From Candidatus Dojkabacteria bacterium (GTDB lineage: Bacteria > Patescibacteriota > Dojkabacteria > SC72 > WJKH01): DNA of 58,011 bases. A program made the position numbers and the translations under genes. This document shows positions 27,645 through 35,555 of the stretch, one piece after another. How positions within the stretch are numbered: the first letter of the stretch is position 1; every line of letters begins with the position of its first letter. The notes under the pieces are model-generated. The model was given only the letters and a program-made list of their open reading frames with translations. It did not search any database and had not been told where the DNA came from. The stretch covers positions 1 through 58,011 of the forward strand of contig WJKH01000021.1 in the NCBI GenBank assembly GCA_014729235.1, read 5' to 3'.

Positions 27645-30600
27645 ATTTTCTGTTCGATTATCTTAATTTCTTCTTTTGTGAGGCCGTAGAGTTTATAAAC
27701 AAGTTCATTAACTCTTTGATCTGTATCACTAATCTTTTTACGAATAACATCCCTCTTACTATCAGAACTAATATCTTTTAAAGACTTATTTAATTCAAGT
27801 TGAGTATGAACAAAGTCTACCAGCTCATCATGAGTTTTCTTAAACTGTTTATTATTTATATCTAAGTCTGGCATAGGAAAAGGATTTAAATAGCTCGTTT
27901 TAAAAGTATAATAACCACCTCTTAGAACATATCCAGTTTGAGACAAAAAGAACCATAGTACTGGAGAATTTAATATTGCAATGAAAAAAAGATCATCAAA
28001 ATTGTATTTTTGATAAAATTTAAATCCGTATACTTTAGTGGTAAAGGTAATATCATTTTCTTTCACCGTTAAATTACAATTGTTACTAATTTCAGGAGTA
28101 ATTATTCTTCTGTGTTGAAACTCTATTAAACTTTTAGGATAAATATATGCGTAAAAATTCTCATGTCTCATCCTCCCATTTTCCCTATCCTCAAGATCCT
28201 TCTTATTTTCGAGAAGATAGCCATAGCCTTGGGGGAAGTTTTTCTTAATATAGTCTAAACTCATTAAATCCGCATCCTCATTGTCTATCAAGTAAGGAAA
28301 TATAACGACTTTATCTGGTTTCAAATACTCGTATCTGTGCACATCCTGACCCTTTAAGAATAATTTACAAAGACCTTTCTCAATCTTTACTCTTTTATCC
28401 AGTTGTTTTGAATATCCTTCATAAAAACCTTTTATCTCCTTAATATCCGTTAGAACATAAATTTTATCAGCACTCGTCTGTAATCCGCAAAATATCTTTT
28501 CGGTATAGTCTTGAAGTGTTTTAGGACAAGAAAATAACTTGTCCATTACTTTTTGGACTTCCGATTCAAAAAATCGCCACACTTTTTTCCCTTTAGTTGG
28601 ATGTTCTATCTTTTCAATCTCATCTAAGTTGTTTAAAAATTTCTCGGGACTCTCATTTTCATTCTGCTCAGCATATGTTAAATTTGTATTTGGTTTCCCG
28701 GACATAAACAGTAGGCAAGTATAGGTCGTAGCATTCTCAAAAACCTGGTTCTCTTTAAACGATATTACTTTCTTCAAAGCTTTTTTAGTTGTGATTATTT
28801 CTCGAATATTTTTTCCCATGTCTGCATTAAAAAACTTATGAGGAAGAATAAATCCTGTTATCCCATTCTTAGAAATAATTTGCAATGCTTTCTCAAGGAA
28901 GATTATATAGATATCAATATTCCCACTTTGTGCAGAATGATATTTTTCTTTTATATAAGATAATGTTTCTGGCAGATATTCTTGCAAGCCTTGTAATCTT
29001 AAATACGGAGGATTCCCAATCACAGCATCAAACCCACCAATGTCTACTTTCTCAACAAGGCAATTAAGTTGTGCTTCTGTAATTATTTCTATCTGGTGAT
29101 GTAAGATCTTTTCTAACTTTTCCTTTTTTCCATCAACTATATAATCACCTTTATCATTTGTAACAAAATATGGTACTTTATTTAAATATGCAGAATAGAG
29201 GTGCTCAGCGTCAGATTTTGGTAAAATTTTCAATAAAATCTTCAACTCCGCACCAACCAGCATATCCTTTCCATCCAACTTTGATACATCTAAACTAAAA
29301 GCCTGACCAACTTTTCTAGTGTTTTTAAACTGCTGTTCTTCCCTTTGTGCCTGGGAAAAAACAACCTTACCCTTCCTATAAAGCTCATTAACTCTCTTCA
29401 AATTTAGGTTTTGGTCAACATAAATATTCAAAGGCTCATCTCCCAGGACCCCTTTAAACTCCTTATCCCAGTCAAAAGCATTTACCTCCCTAATCTCCTC
29501 CTCACTAACCCCACTCAAATCCTTATCATCCCAATAATCACTCCCAACCAAACTATTCCCACACTTAATATTCGAGCTTAAATCAGGCAAAATACGCTCC
29601 TGAAACAAACTCATCTGTTGAGCAATAGTCTCCTGATTCTCATTCTCCAGCATCTTCAAAGCAAGACTCAGCTTTGTAACCTCTACAGCCTGACTATCAA
29701 TATCTACACCGTAAATATTGTTAAGCATAATCCGTTTCTTCTCCTGAGTAGTCAAGAACCAGCTGGTAACGCCATCTTCCGAAACCTTGCTGTAAATCAC
29801 ACCTTTCTTTTCAAGTTTCTTTTTCTCCTTGTCATCCTGTTTTTCATAGTAGCTAATGTGCCAGTCGAGCAAATACTCGTAAGCACCAAGTAGAAAACTA
29901 CCACTACCACAAGCTGGATCCAATATCTTCAGCTTTGAAACCTTTTTCGGATCTTTGCGTTTCAACAGCTCACCAACGGTATTTTTAACTATGTAGTCAA
30001 CAATATACTTCGGAGTGTAGTAAACACCACCAGCTTTTTTAACTTCCGGTTTTTCTTCGACCTTAGCATTGTGGGCACGTGTAAGACGGATAACTTTCCC
30101 AAGAAACTGTTCATAAATATTCCCAAGAACCTCAACCCCAATTACATCAAAAACATACGGAGAAGTAGGGTAGTAAAGCTGATTAAGAATCTTATCTAAA
30201 ATGTCATCAGAAACTTTCAAACTCGGGGTTAAAGTATCCGAATCAAAATCAAAAAGATTGCTATTATATTTCTTCTGAGCAACTTTGAAATACTTATTTA
30301 GTTCACGATATGAATTTTTCGATTTAATGAGGTTTTGAAGATTCTTGTACTGCTCGATACCTCTGTCTTCAGCAATTCGCAGGAAAATTAATCTGTCTAT
30401 AATCCGCTGAACAGCAAAGTTAAGCTCTTCGACAGTTAGCTTCTGATTATTTTTCGCAAGGTCTTTTGCAAGAAGCTCTCTCCATTTTTCAATCTCCTCA
30501 AGAAATGCCTTGTCTACAACCTGCTTACCTCGCTTTTCCTTGTCAGCGTATCTATCAAAACTCCCTTTTAGGATGGATTCTTTTGCAAATGTATCGTAGA

Positions 30601-31108
30601 TTTTCTCCCAATTATCAGGATATTGGTCGTAAGTAAAGTATTCTATACGGGCTACAGAAGCCTTGTCAGTTGGTTTTGGCTCAATTGTCGTGTCATAAAT
30701 TGCGAATTCTTCAAAATCACTCAAAAGAGATACGGGCAGGTGGCCACTCCAGGCATATCTCCTGAGTTGTAAAGCGGGGTCGTAGTCAGTCTTAATTTTG
30801 ATAACAGGCTTTTTAGCTTCAAGAAAGAACTTTCTCTGTCCGCCTATCCTGAATGAGTAATCTGGGGCCTTCGGCTTTCCTTTTATTACCACCTTATCCT
30901 CATGAACAACCTCTTTATACTGCTCGGCAAAACCTTGCTCGTTATACATATCCCATCCGAGAGCCTTAAACATTGGATTGAGAAATTGCTCTCTTAACTG
31001 TGCTTCATTGAAATTCGAGTCAGATTGAGTTTTGTATTGATCAATATTACGATCAAATACCTCAACTAATTGATAGATCTTATCTTGAAATTGTTTCTTT
31101 TGACCCAT
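27641..31108 (-). CDS. type IIG restriction-modification fusion enzyme (PD-(D/E)xK nuclease + gamma-class N6-adenine methyltransferase + specificity region)
   Basis: A 1155-aa ORF. The N-terminus has an HSDR_N-like nuclease motif PDYSF...FLEAKKP. It has the FLRIAEDRG helix, SAM motif I DPACGSGSFLL (aa 397-407) and motif IV GNPPY (aa 698-702). The long C-terminal part resembles an Eco57I/TaqI-type target-recognition region. Confidence 0.85.
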   Translation of the reverse strand: MGQKKQFQDKIYQLVEVFDRNIDQYKTQSDSNFNEAQLREQFLNPMFKALGWDMYNEQGFAEQYKEVVHEDKVVIKGKPKAPDYSFRIGGQRKFFLEAKKPVIKIKTDYDPALQLRRYAWSGHLPVSLLSDFEEFAIYDTTIEPKPTDKASVARIEYFTYDQYPDNWEKIYDTFAKESILKGSFDRYADKEKRGKQVVDKAFLEEIEKWRELLAKDLAKNNQKLTVEELNFAVQRIIDRLIFLRIAEDRGIEQYKNLQNLIKSKNSYRELNKYFKVAQKKYNSNLFDFDSDTLTPSLKVSDDILDKILNQLYYPTSPYVFDVIGVEVLGNIYEQFLGKVIRLTRAHNAKVEEKPEVKKAGGVYYTPKYIVDYIVKNTVGELLKRKDPKKVSKLKILDPACGSGSFLLGAYEYLLDWHISYYEKQDDKEKKKLEKKGVIYSKVSEDGVTSWFLTTQEKKRIMLNNIYGVDIDSQAVEVTKLSLALKMLENENQETIAQQMSLFQERILPDLSSNIKCGNSLVGSDYWDDKDLSGVSEEEIREVNAFDWDKEFKGVLGDEPLNIYVDQNLNLKRVNELYRKGKVVFSQAQREEQQFKNTRKVGQAFSLDVSKLDGKDMLVGAELKILLKILPKSDAEHLYSAYLNKVPYFVTNDKGDYIVDGKKEKLEKILHHQIEIITEAQLNCLVEKVDIGGFDAVIGNPPYLRLQGLQEYLPETLSYIKEKYHSAQSGNIDIYIIFLEKALQIISKNGITGFILPHKFFNADMGKNIREIITTKKALKKVISFKENQVFENATTYTCLLFMSGKPNTNLTYAEQNENESPEKFLNNLDEIEKIEHPTKGKKVWRFFESEVQKVMDKLFSCPKTLQDYTEKIFCGLQTSADKIYVLTDIKEIKGFYEGYSKQLDKRVKIEKGLCKLFLKGQDVHRYEYLKPDKVVIFPYLIDNEDADLMSLDYIKKNFPQGYGYLLENKKDLEDRENGRMRHENFYAYIYPKSLIEFQHRRIITPEISNNCNLTVKENDITFTTKVYGFKFYQKYNFDDLFFIAILNSPVLWFFLSQTGYVLRGGYYTFKTSYLNPFPMPDLDINNKQFKKTHDELVDFVHTQLELNKSLKDISSDSKRDVIRKKISDTDQRVNELVYKLYGLTKEEIKIIEQKI

Positions 31109-31218
31109 ACATACCTATATTTAAGGGAACTAATCATCAGGATAATTCCTGAACCCCTAGTCGCAGTTGTGCATTATAAGGGAGCGAGCAAGTGTATTTT
31201 CATTATTCACATACGATT

Positions 31219-31295
31219 TGGTGAGCCGCCTGGGACTCGAACCCAGCACCTACTGCTTAAAAGGCAGTTGCTCTAACCAGATGAGCTAGCGGCCC
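31219..31295 (-). tRNA. tRNA-Lys(UUU), CCA encoded
   Basis: The reverse complement reads GGGCCGC-UA-GCUC AUCUGGUUA GAGC-A-ACUGC CUUUUAA GCAGU-AGGUG-CUGGG UUCGAGU CCCAG-GCGGCUC-A-CCA. Confidence 0.9.
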
Positions 31296-31361
31296 GCACC
31301 AAGTTATACTCGCACCACATAAAATGAAACACCGGATTAAAAACGAGCTTATTTCGACAGA

Positions 31362-31814
31362 TTATACACCAATTTCAACAACATTTACAACAAAATCTGA
31401 TTTCAGAACCTGACACCAAACTGAATTAGAACAATCACAACCGGCTTCAACCATATCCAAAGACAACAAAAACAGCCCACCAAAAACCTCGTGAGGCAGA
31501 CCATTTTGCTGCAGCCACCATATAGCCGCAGACCGAAGATGCATCAATTTTGTTTGATTAAGCGATTCAAGCCCCGAGCCAAAATTTAATGAAGTTCTCA
31601 TTTTCACCTCAATAAAGCAACAACCGGAAGGAGGAACATTGCAAAAAGCAGCTTGAGATTGGACTTCTGAGATATCCCTTCGCGATCTCCGACAAATAAT
31701 ATCAATTTCTCCCGCCCTGCAATGGAAATTCCGCTCAATAATATCAAACCCCCTTTGCCTCAGCCAATCACAAGCCAAGTTCTCCCCAATAACTCCAAGC
31801 TTTCTTCTGTCCAT
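31362..31814 (-). CDS. yraN: YraN (UPF0102) family endonuclease-like protein
   Basis: A 150-aa ORF with GENLACDWLRQRGFDIIERNF.CRAGEIDIICR...FIEVKMR. It carries a roughly 20-aa insert and a C-terminal extension relative to typical YraN proteins. It overlaps the rnhB 3' end. Confidence 0.7.
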   Translation of the reverse strand: MDRRKLGVIGENLACDWLRQRGFDIIERNFHCRAGEIDIICRRSRRDISEVQSQAAFCNVPPSGCCFIEVKMRTSLNFGSGLESLNQTKLMHLRSAAIWWLQQNGLPHEVFGGLFLLSLDMVEAGCDCSNSVWCQVLKSDFVVNVVEIGV

Positions 31815-32463
31815 ACGTTGCTTTTTTAACTAACTCCGACACAGGCTTGAATGTAAATCGATGGATTTTGCATGGGCCGATTTCATAAAGAGCTTCCCGA
31901 TGCTGCTTTGTGCCGTAACCAACATGTGAATCAAATCCGTACTCAGGGTATTTTGAGCTGATTGATTTCATTAGATTGTCCCGAGCGACTTTGGCAACAA
32001 TCGAGCCGGCAGCGATAGAGTAGTGCAGCATATCACCTTTTGCAAATCGTTGATTTTCATAGCCTTCAATTTCTCGTACCTGTGCGCCATCTACGATTAG
32101 GATATCAGCTTTCTTACCGATTTTTTCTTCAATTGACGATACTACATAAGACATTGCAATTTGTACAGCTCTTGCAATGCCAACATTATCAATGTCTGCA
32201 GAATCGACCATCCCGACAGCCCAACCCGCTGACCTGGCACAAATCTCCTTACTTAGCTCATTTCTGGCCTTCTCAGTAAGCTTTTTACTATCCCAAACAC
32301 CATCGACCAGTTGAGTCTCATCCGTAATTAGAACCCCTCCTGCGCAAACCGGTCCTGCAAGCGGCCCGCGGCCAACCTCATCAAGCCCTATTACGAGCCC
32401 ATAGCCCTCATTCCAGAGCTTCCTCTCGATCTCTCCATTAGGTTTTACAGGTCGTTTCTGCAT
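31768..32463 (-). CDS. rnhB: ribonuclease HII
   Basis: A 231-aa ORF with GLDEVGRGPLAGPV, DSKKL and ASIVAK, which are RNase HII motifs. Confidence 0.9.
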   Translation of the reverse strand: MQKRPVKPNGEIERKLWNEGYGLVIGLDEVGRGPLAGPVCAGGVLITDETQLVDGVWDSKKLTEKARNELSKEICARSAGWAVGMVDSADIDNVGIARAVQIAMSYVVSSIEEKIGKKADILIVDGAQVREIEGYENQRFAKGDMLHYSIAAGSIVAKVARDNLMKSISSKYPEYGFDSHVGYGTKQHREALYEIGPCKIHRFTFKPVSELVKKATYGQKKAWSYWGELGL

Positions 32464-32545
32464 GACTTGATTTTAACATACATAAAAATGTGTTAGAATT
32501 GTTTAGCGTCTGAAATTATTAAATTTTCAACTAGTCCACTGTAAA

Positions 32546-33175
32546 ATGAAGCTTTCTCGCAGTTCAAAATTTCTCATACTACTTTGTGCAATAATGTCCG
32601 GATTATTTATTGCATCAGCAAAACTTACATATTCGCAGGAATCTCAAGAAACTTTCCAAGCAGATCCGGACGCCCCATTTCTATTTTACAGTGAGTCGTG
32701 CGGAGCCTGTTACAATGCAATTTCAAAAATTGAAGAGTACAAAATTAATGATTCAGTTACAATTAATTATCTAGATATAGCTGAAGATGTAAATTACTCA
32801 TACTACTACGAAATTGGGACTGAATGCGAAATTATTGATGAAATCGGCACACCAATGCTTTACCACAAAGGACAGTGCTATCTCGGCGTTACAGATACAG
32901 TTGGTTATCTTCTTGAGCTCAGTGGAATTGATCCATTTGAAACCAGCGAAGAGCCTGAAGACACTTCAAGCGCTCAGGATGACATTACTTATCCTATAAC
33001 CAATGACAATTATGAGACAGCTGAAGTTCAAATGGAGGAATCGGATGAAGCAGATGAGACCGAGGCTCAACAGGAGCCATGGCGACCGAACTTTTTTCAG
33101 GGTTTTATCATTTTTGCCGCGCCATTAACCCTTTTCATTCTGGCATATTTACTCATTATTAAACTTAATCTCTAA
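32546..33175 (+). CDS. secreted thioredoxin/glutaredoxin-like CxxC protein with C-terminal TM anchor
   Basis: A 209-aa ORF with a signal peptide, FYSESCGACYNA, an acidic linker and a C-terminal hydrophobic helix. Confidence 0.6.
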   Translation: MKLSRSSKFLILLCAIMSGLFIASAKLTYSQESQETFQADPDAPFLFYSESCGACYNAISKIEEYKINDSVTINYLDIAEDVNYSYYYEIGTECEIIDEIGTPMLYHKGQCYLGVTDTVGYLLELSGIDPFETSEEPEDTSSAQDDITYPITNDNYETAEVQMEESDEADETEAQQEPWRPNFFQGFIIFAAPLTLFILAYLLIIKLNL

Positions 33176-33224
33176 AATACGGTATACTGTTATTGGTATT
33201 AGTTAAATTTTAAAAAATATTTAA

Positions 33225-33593
33225 ATGGAATGTAAATCAGGAGTCCCTTACGTGGGAGGATTAGTAACTGGAGTCGCAGCCGGACTAGTAATTGGGCTGT
33301 TAGTTGCTCCAAAATCAGGAGAAGAAACACGCGAAGACGTGAAGAAATTTATGAAAAAGTTCATTGAGGATGCTCAAGACAAGTATCAGGAAGCACAGAA
33401 AATCATGAAGAAAAAGCTGGAAGCATTAAAATCGCTCGGCGAAAAGATTGACGAGAAAAAGTATGGAAAGATAGTATCCGAAGTAATCGATGAACTTAAA
33501 AATGATGCTGAAGTTACATCAGAAGCAGCTAAGAAGCTTTCTTCACAATTAAAAAAGGACTGGTCAGTTGTAAAATCTGAGATGAGCAAATAG
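33225..33593 (+). CDS. YtxH-domain general-stress-like protein
   Basis: A 122-aa ORF with GLVTGVAAGLVIGLLVAPKSGEETREDVKKF followed by a charged coiled region. Confidence 0.75.
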   Translation: MECKSGVPYVGGLVTGVAAGLVIGLLVAPKSGEETREDVKKFMKKFIEDAQDKYQEAQKIMKKKLEALKSLGEKIDEKKYGKIVSEVIDELKNDAEVTSEAAKKLSSQLKKDWSVVKSEMSK

Positions 33594-33627
33594 CCTTTCG
33601 CTAGGCAAGCTTTAGTTTATGATCTCA

Positions 33628-33703
33628 GCGGGGGTAGTTCAGCTGGTAGAACGTCTGCTTCCCAAGCAGAAGGTCGCGGGTTCGATCCCCGTCTCCCGCT
33701 CCA
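33628..33703 (+). tRNA. tRNA-Gly(CCC), CCA encoded
   Basis: GCGGGGG-UA-GUUC AGCUGGUA GAAC-G-UCUGC UUCCCAA GCAGA-AGGUC-GCGGG UUCGAUC CCCGU-CUCCCGC-U-CCA. Confidence 0.9.
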
Positions 33704-33889
33704 ATATTTTCGTTCAAAGAACGAGAAATGTTGGAGTTAGGCAGGAGATTGAATAGGCAGTGCAGAAGTTTGAAAAAAATATAATCCCCGAGCGACGACT
33801 GAAAGAAGTCGTGAGGGAAAGCGAGGATAGCGGAGAATTTTCATACTCGAGTAAGTCGAGAGTAGAAAATTGGGAGCAAATCCGAGCGT

Positions 33890-33952
33890 GGTCGCGGGTT
33901 CGATCCCCGTCTCCCGCTCCAATAATTTTCGCCGAAGGACGAGAGTTATGGA
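33890..33952 (+). repeat. direct duplicate of the 3' half of tRNA-Gly(CCC) plus the start of its trailer
   Basis: GGTCGCGGGTTCGATCCCCGTCTCCCGCTCCAATA (33672-33706) is repeated exactly at 33890-33924. Similarity continues in diverged form (TTTTCGTTCAAAGAACGAGAAATG versus TTTTCGCCGAAGGACGAGAGTTATG). Confidence 0.85.
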
Positions 33953-33985
33953 TCTGACGAGAGTTATAGATCTGACGAGAATTAT
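33938..33985. repeat. 18-bp tandem repeat, about 2.7 copies
   Basis: GACGAGAGTTATGGATCT, GACGAGAGTTATAGATCT, then GACGAGAATTAT.., about 70 nt upstream of the 34052 start. Confidence 0.8.
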
Positions 33986-34051
33986 TGCCCATTGATTTTC
34001 GAATTTCGTAACTCGCATTAATTAAAAAAGTTTGAAACTTAAACCAGGAAA

Positions 34052-35047
34052 ATGCCAGATATCTTTCCAAAATCGAACAACAATACTCAGGGAACAGACT
34101 CACCGGCTGATAACTCGAATTCGGCTTCAAGTCAGCCCGTAAAGCCTGCAAAGACCGACTCAAAACCTAACTCGATTCAAACCCCAAGCCAGGATGCGAA
34201 TACAAATTCTAACACCAATGTCACAACACCAACAAATCCCGGTATAAGTTCAAGCCCCCAATCAAATAATTCTGCGGCACCGACTGTCCCAACTCCCACT
34301 CAGTCTTCGCCCCCAACTCGACCTCAAAATAAGCCGACACTTCCACAGACACCAGCATCACCCTCCACACAAACACCAACACAGAATGCAAATTCCACGC
34401 AACCTAATAATCAATTGAATAACTCTTGGAGCAGACCTGGCAACAATTTTGGATCATCTTACCCGCCATTTTCCTCCAGCAATTTTGGAAATTCGTTTGG
34501 AAATAATCAACTCGGATCAAGGTCGGATCCATATGGAAGTCCCTCAAGTTCCACCCCTAATAGTCAGAAGAAGCTTACTCCCGAAGAGAGAATTAATATG
34601 ATTAAGCGACTATACAAAAAAGTATTGGGGCGAAAAGCAACTACTCGAGATATCAATTATTACAAGTACAGCACATTATCCGAAGAACAGATTTTGAAAC
34701 AGCTCGCTGAAGGACAAGAACATACTCAGCTTATAAAAAATGGGAAAGAGTATAATAAGCTAATGGAAAGACTTGATACCGCCGAATCCAGAGTGAAAAA
34801 ATTGGAGGCACAGATCAAAGATGAGCTCCAGGAATTTAAAAAGCTTTTACAGATTTTAAAAGAAAAAAATCGATATATTGAAGAGCTCCGGAAGGAAAAT
34901 CAAAATCCTTATAATATTCCGGGGCAGACTTTAGAACAGCGGCGAAGATTCAGCAGCCAAATCAGACAAGAGGAAGACTCCCCTGTGCAGACTCAGAATT
35001 CTTCACAGAGCTCTGAGAACCTTCCTGTCGTACAGACAAAGAAGTAG
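34052..35047 (+). CDS. low-complexity P/T/S/Q/N-rich protein with DUF4214-like segment and coiled coil
   Basis: A 331-aa ORF. The first 165 aa are compositionally biased. IKRLYKKVLGRKATTRDINYYK resembles the DUF4214 core, followed by heptad-like KLEAQIKDELQEFKKLLQILKEKN. Confidence 0.55.
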   Translation: MPDIFPKSNNNTQGTDSPADNSNSASSQPVKPAKTDSKPNSIQTPSQDANTNSNTNVTTPTNPGISSSPQSNNSAAPTVPTPTQSSPPTRPQNKPTLPQTPASPSTQTPTQNANSTQPNNQLNNSWSRPGNNFGSSYPPFSSSNFGNSFGNNQLGSRSDPYGSPSSSTPNSQKKLTPEERINMIKRLYKKVLGRKATTRDINYYKYSTLSEEQILKQLAEGQEHTQLIKNGKEYNKLMERLDTAESRVKKLEAQIKDELQEFKKLLQILKEKNRYIEELRKENQNPYNIPGQTLEQRRRFSSQIRQEEDSPVQTQNSSQSSENLPVVQTKK

Positions 35048-35121
35048 GAAACTTAGTTAGCCAGTGCTTAGGAAATCATTCCTCAGATTCTCTGATTTCT
35101 AACACAAAAATTGCCCAACAC

Positions 35122-35150
35122 TTAACAAATACTTAAATTTAGACTATAAT
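35122..35150 (+). promoter_or_regulatory. sigma70-like promoter, apparently giving a leaderless mRNA
   Basis: TTAACA (35122-35127), a 17-nt spacer, then TATAAT (35145-35150). The ATG at 35157 lies only 6 nt after the -10 box. Confidence 0.55.
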
Positions 35151-35156
35151 GAGAGT

Positions 35157-35504
35157 ATGTATGAGTATATTGGGGATAGAATTAGGAAAGTAAGAGAAAT
35201 GTCGGGGTTATCACAAAAAACCCTCGGAATAACACTTGGCCTTTCAGATAAAGCCATCAGTTCCTACGAGAGCGGACGAACAATTCCGCCACTTGAAACA
35301 CTCTTTAAGATAGCAAAAGAGCTTAAAAAACCCGTCAGTTACTTCATAGAGAGTACAGAAGATGAAGCCTCGCTATACGACAGAATTGATAGAACTGAGC
35401 GAACAGTTAAAGAAATTGCACACGAGCTTGATGTGATAAAAGACTTGCTAAAAGATATTGAAGCGAAACAGGATAAGTCAACTCCACCAAGCAGGCCGTT
35501 ATAG
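35157..35504 (+). CDS. XRE-family HTH transcriptional regulator
   Basis: A 115-aa ORF with IRKVREMSGLSQKTLGITLGLSDKAISSYESGRTIPPLETLFKIAKEL. Confidence 0.85.
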   Translation: MYEYIGDRIRKVREMSGLSQKTLGITLGLSDKAISSYESGRTIPPLETLFKIAKELKKPVSYFIESTEDEASLYDRIDRTERTVKEIAHELDVIKDLLKDIEAKQDKSTPPSRPL

Positions 35505-35555
35505 TTTCACGTGTTTCACGCAAAGCATTACACTTTTCGAGCCATGTTTAACGAC

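Noticed and set aside
33829-33925. Possible second complete tRNA or tRNA-like gene ending at the duplicated 3' half
   Set aside because: No upstream 7-nt strand pairs acceptably with CTCCCGC (GCGGAGA gives two mismatches). No D-arm or 7-nt anticodon loop could be drawn. Only the T-arm and acceptor 3' strand are present.
33714-34163. Minus-strand ORFs 33714..34163 and 33737..34018, and plus-strand ORF 33760..33957
   Set aside because: They run through the duplicated tRNA-Gly(CCC) 3' half and the 18-bp tandem repeats, and they overlap the start of the 34052 gene. The peptide repeats (NSRQIYNSRQIHNSR) merely mirror the DNA repeats.
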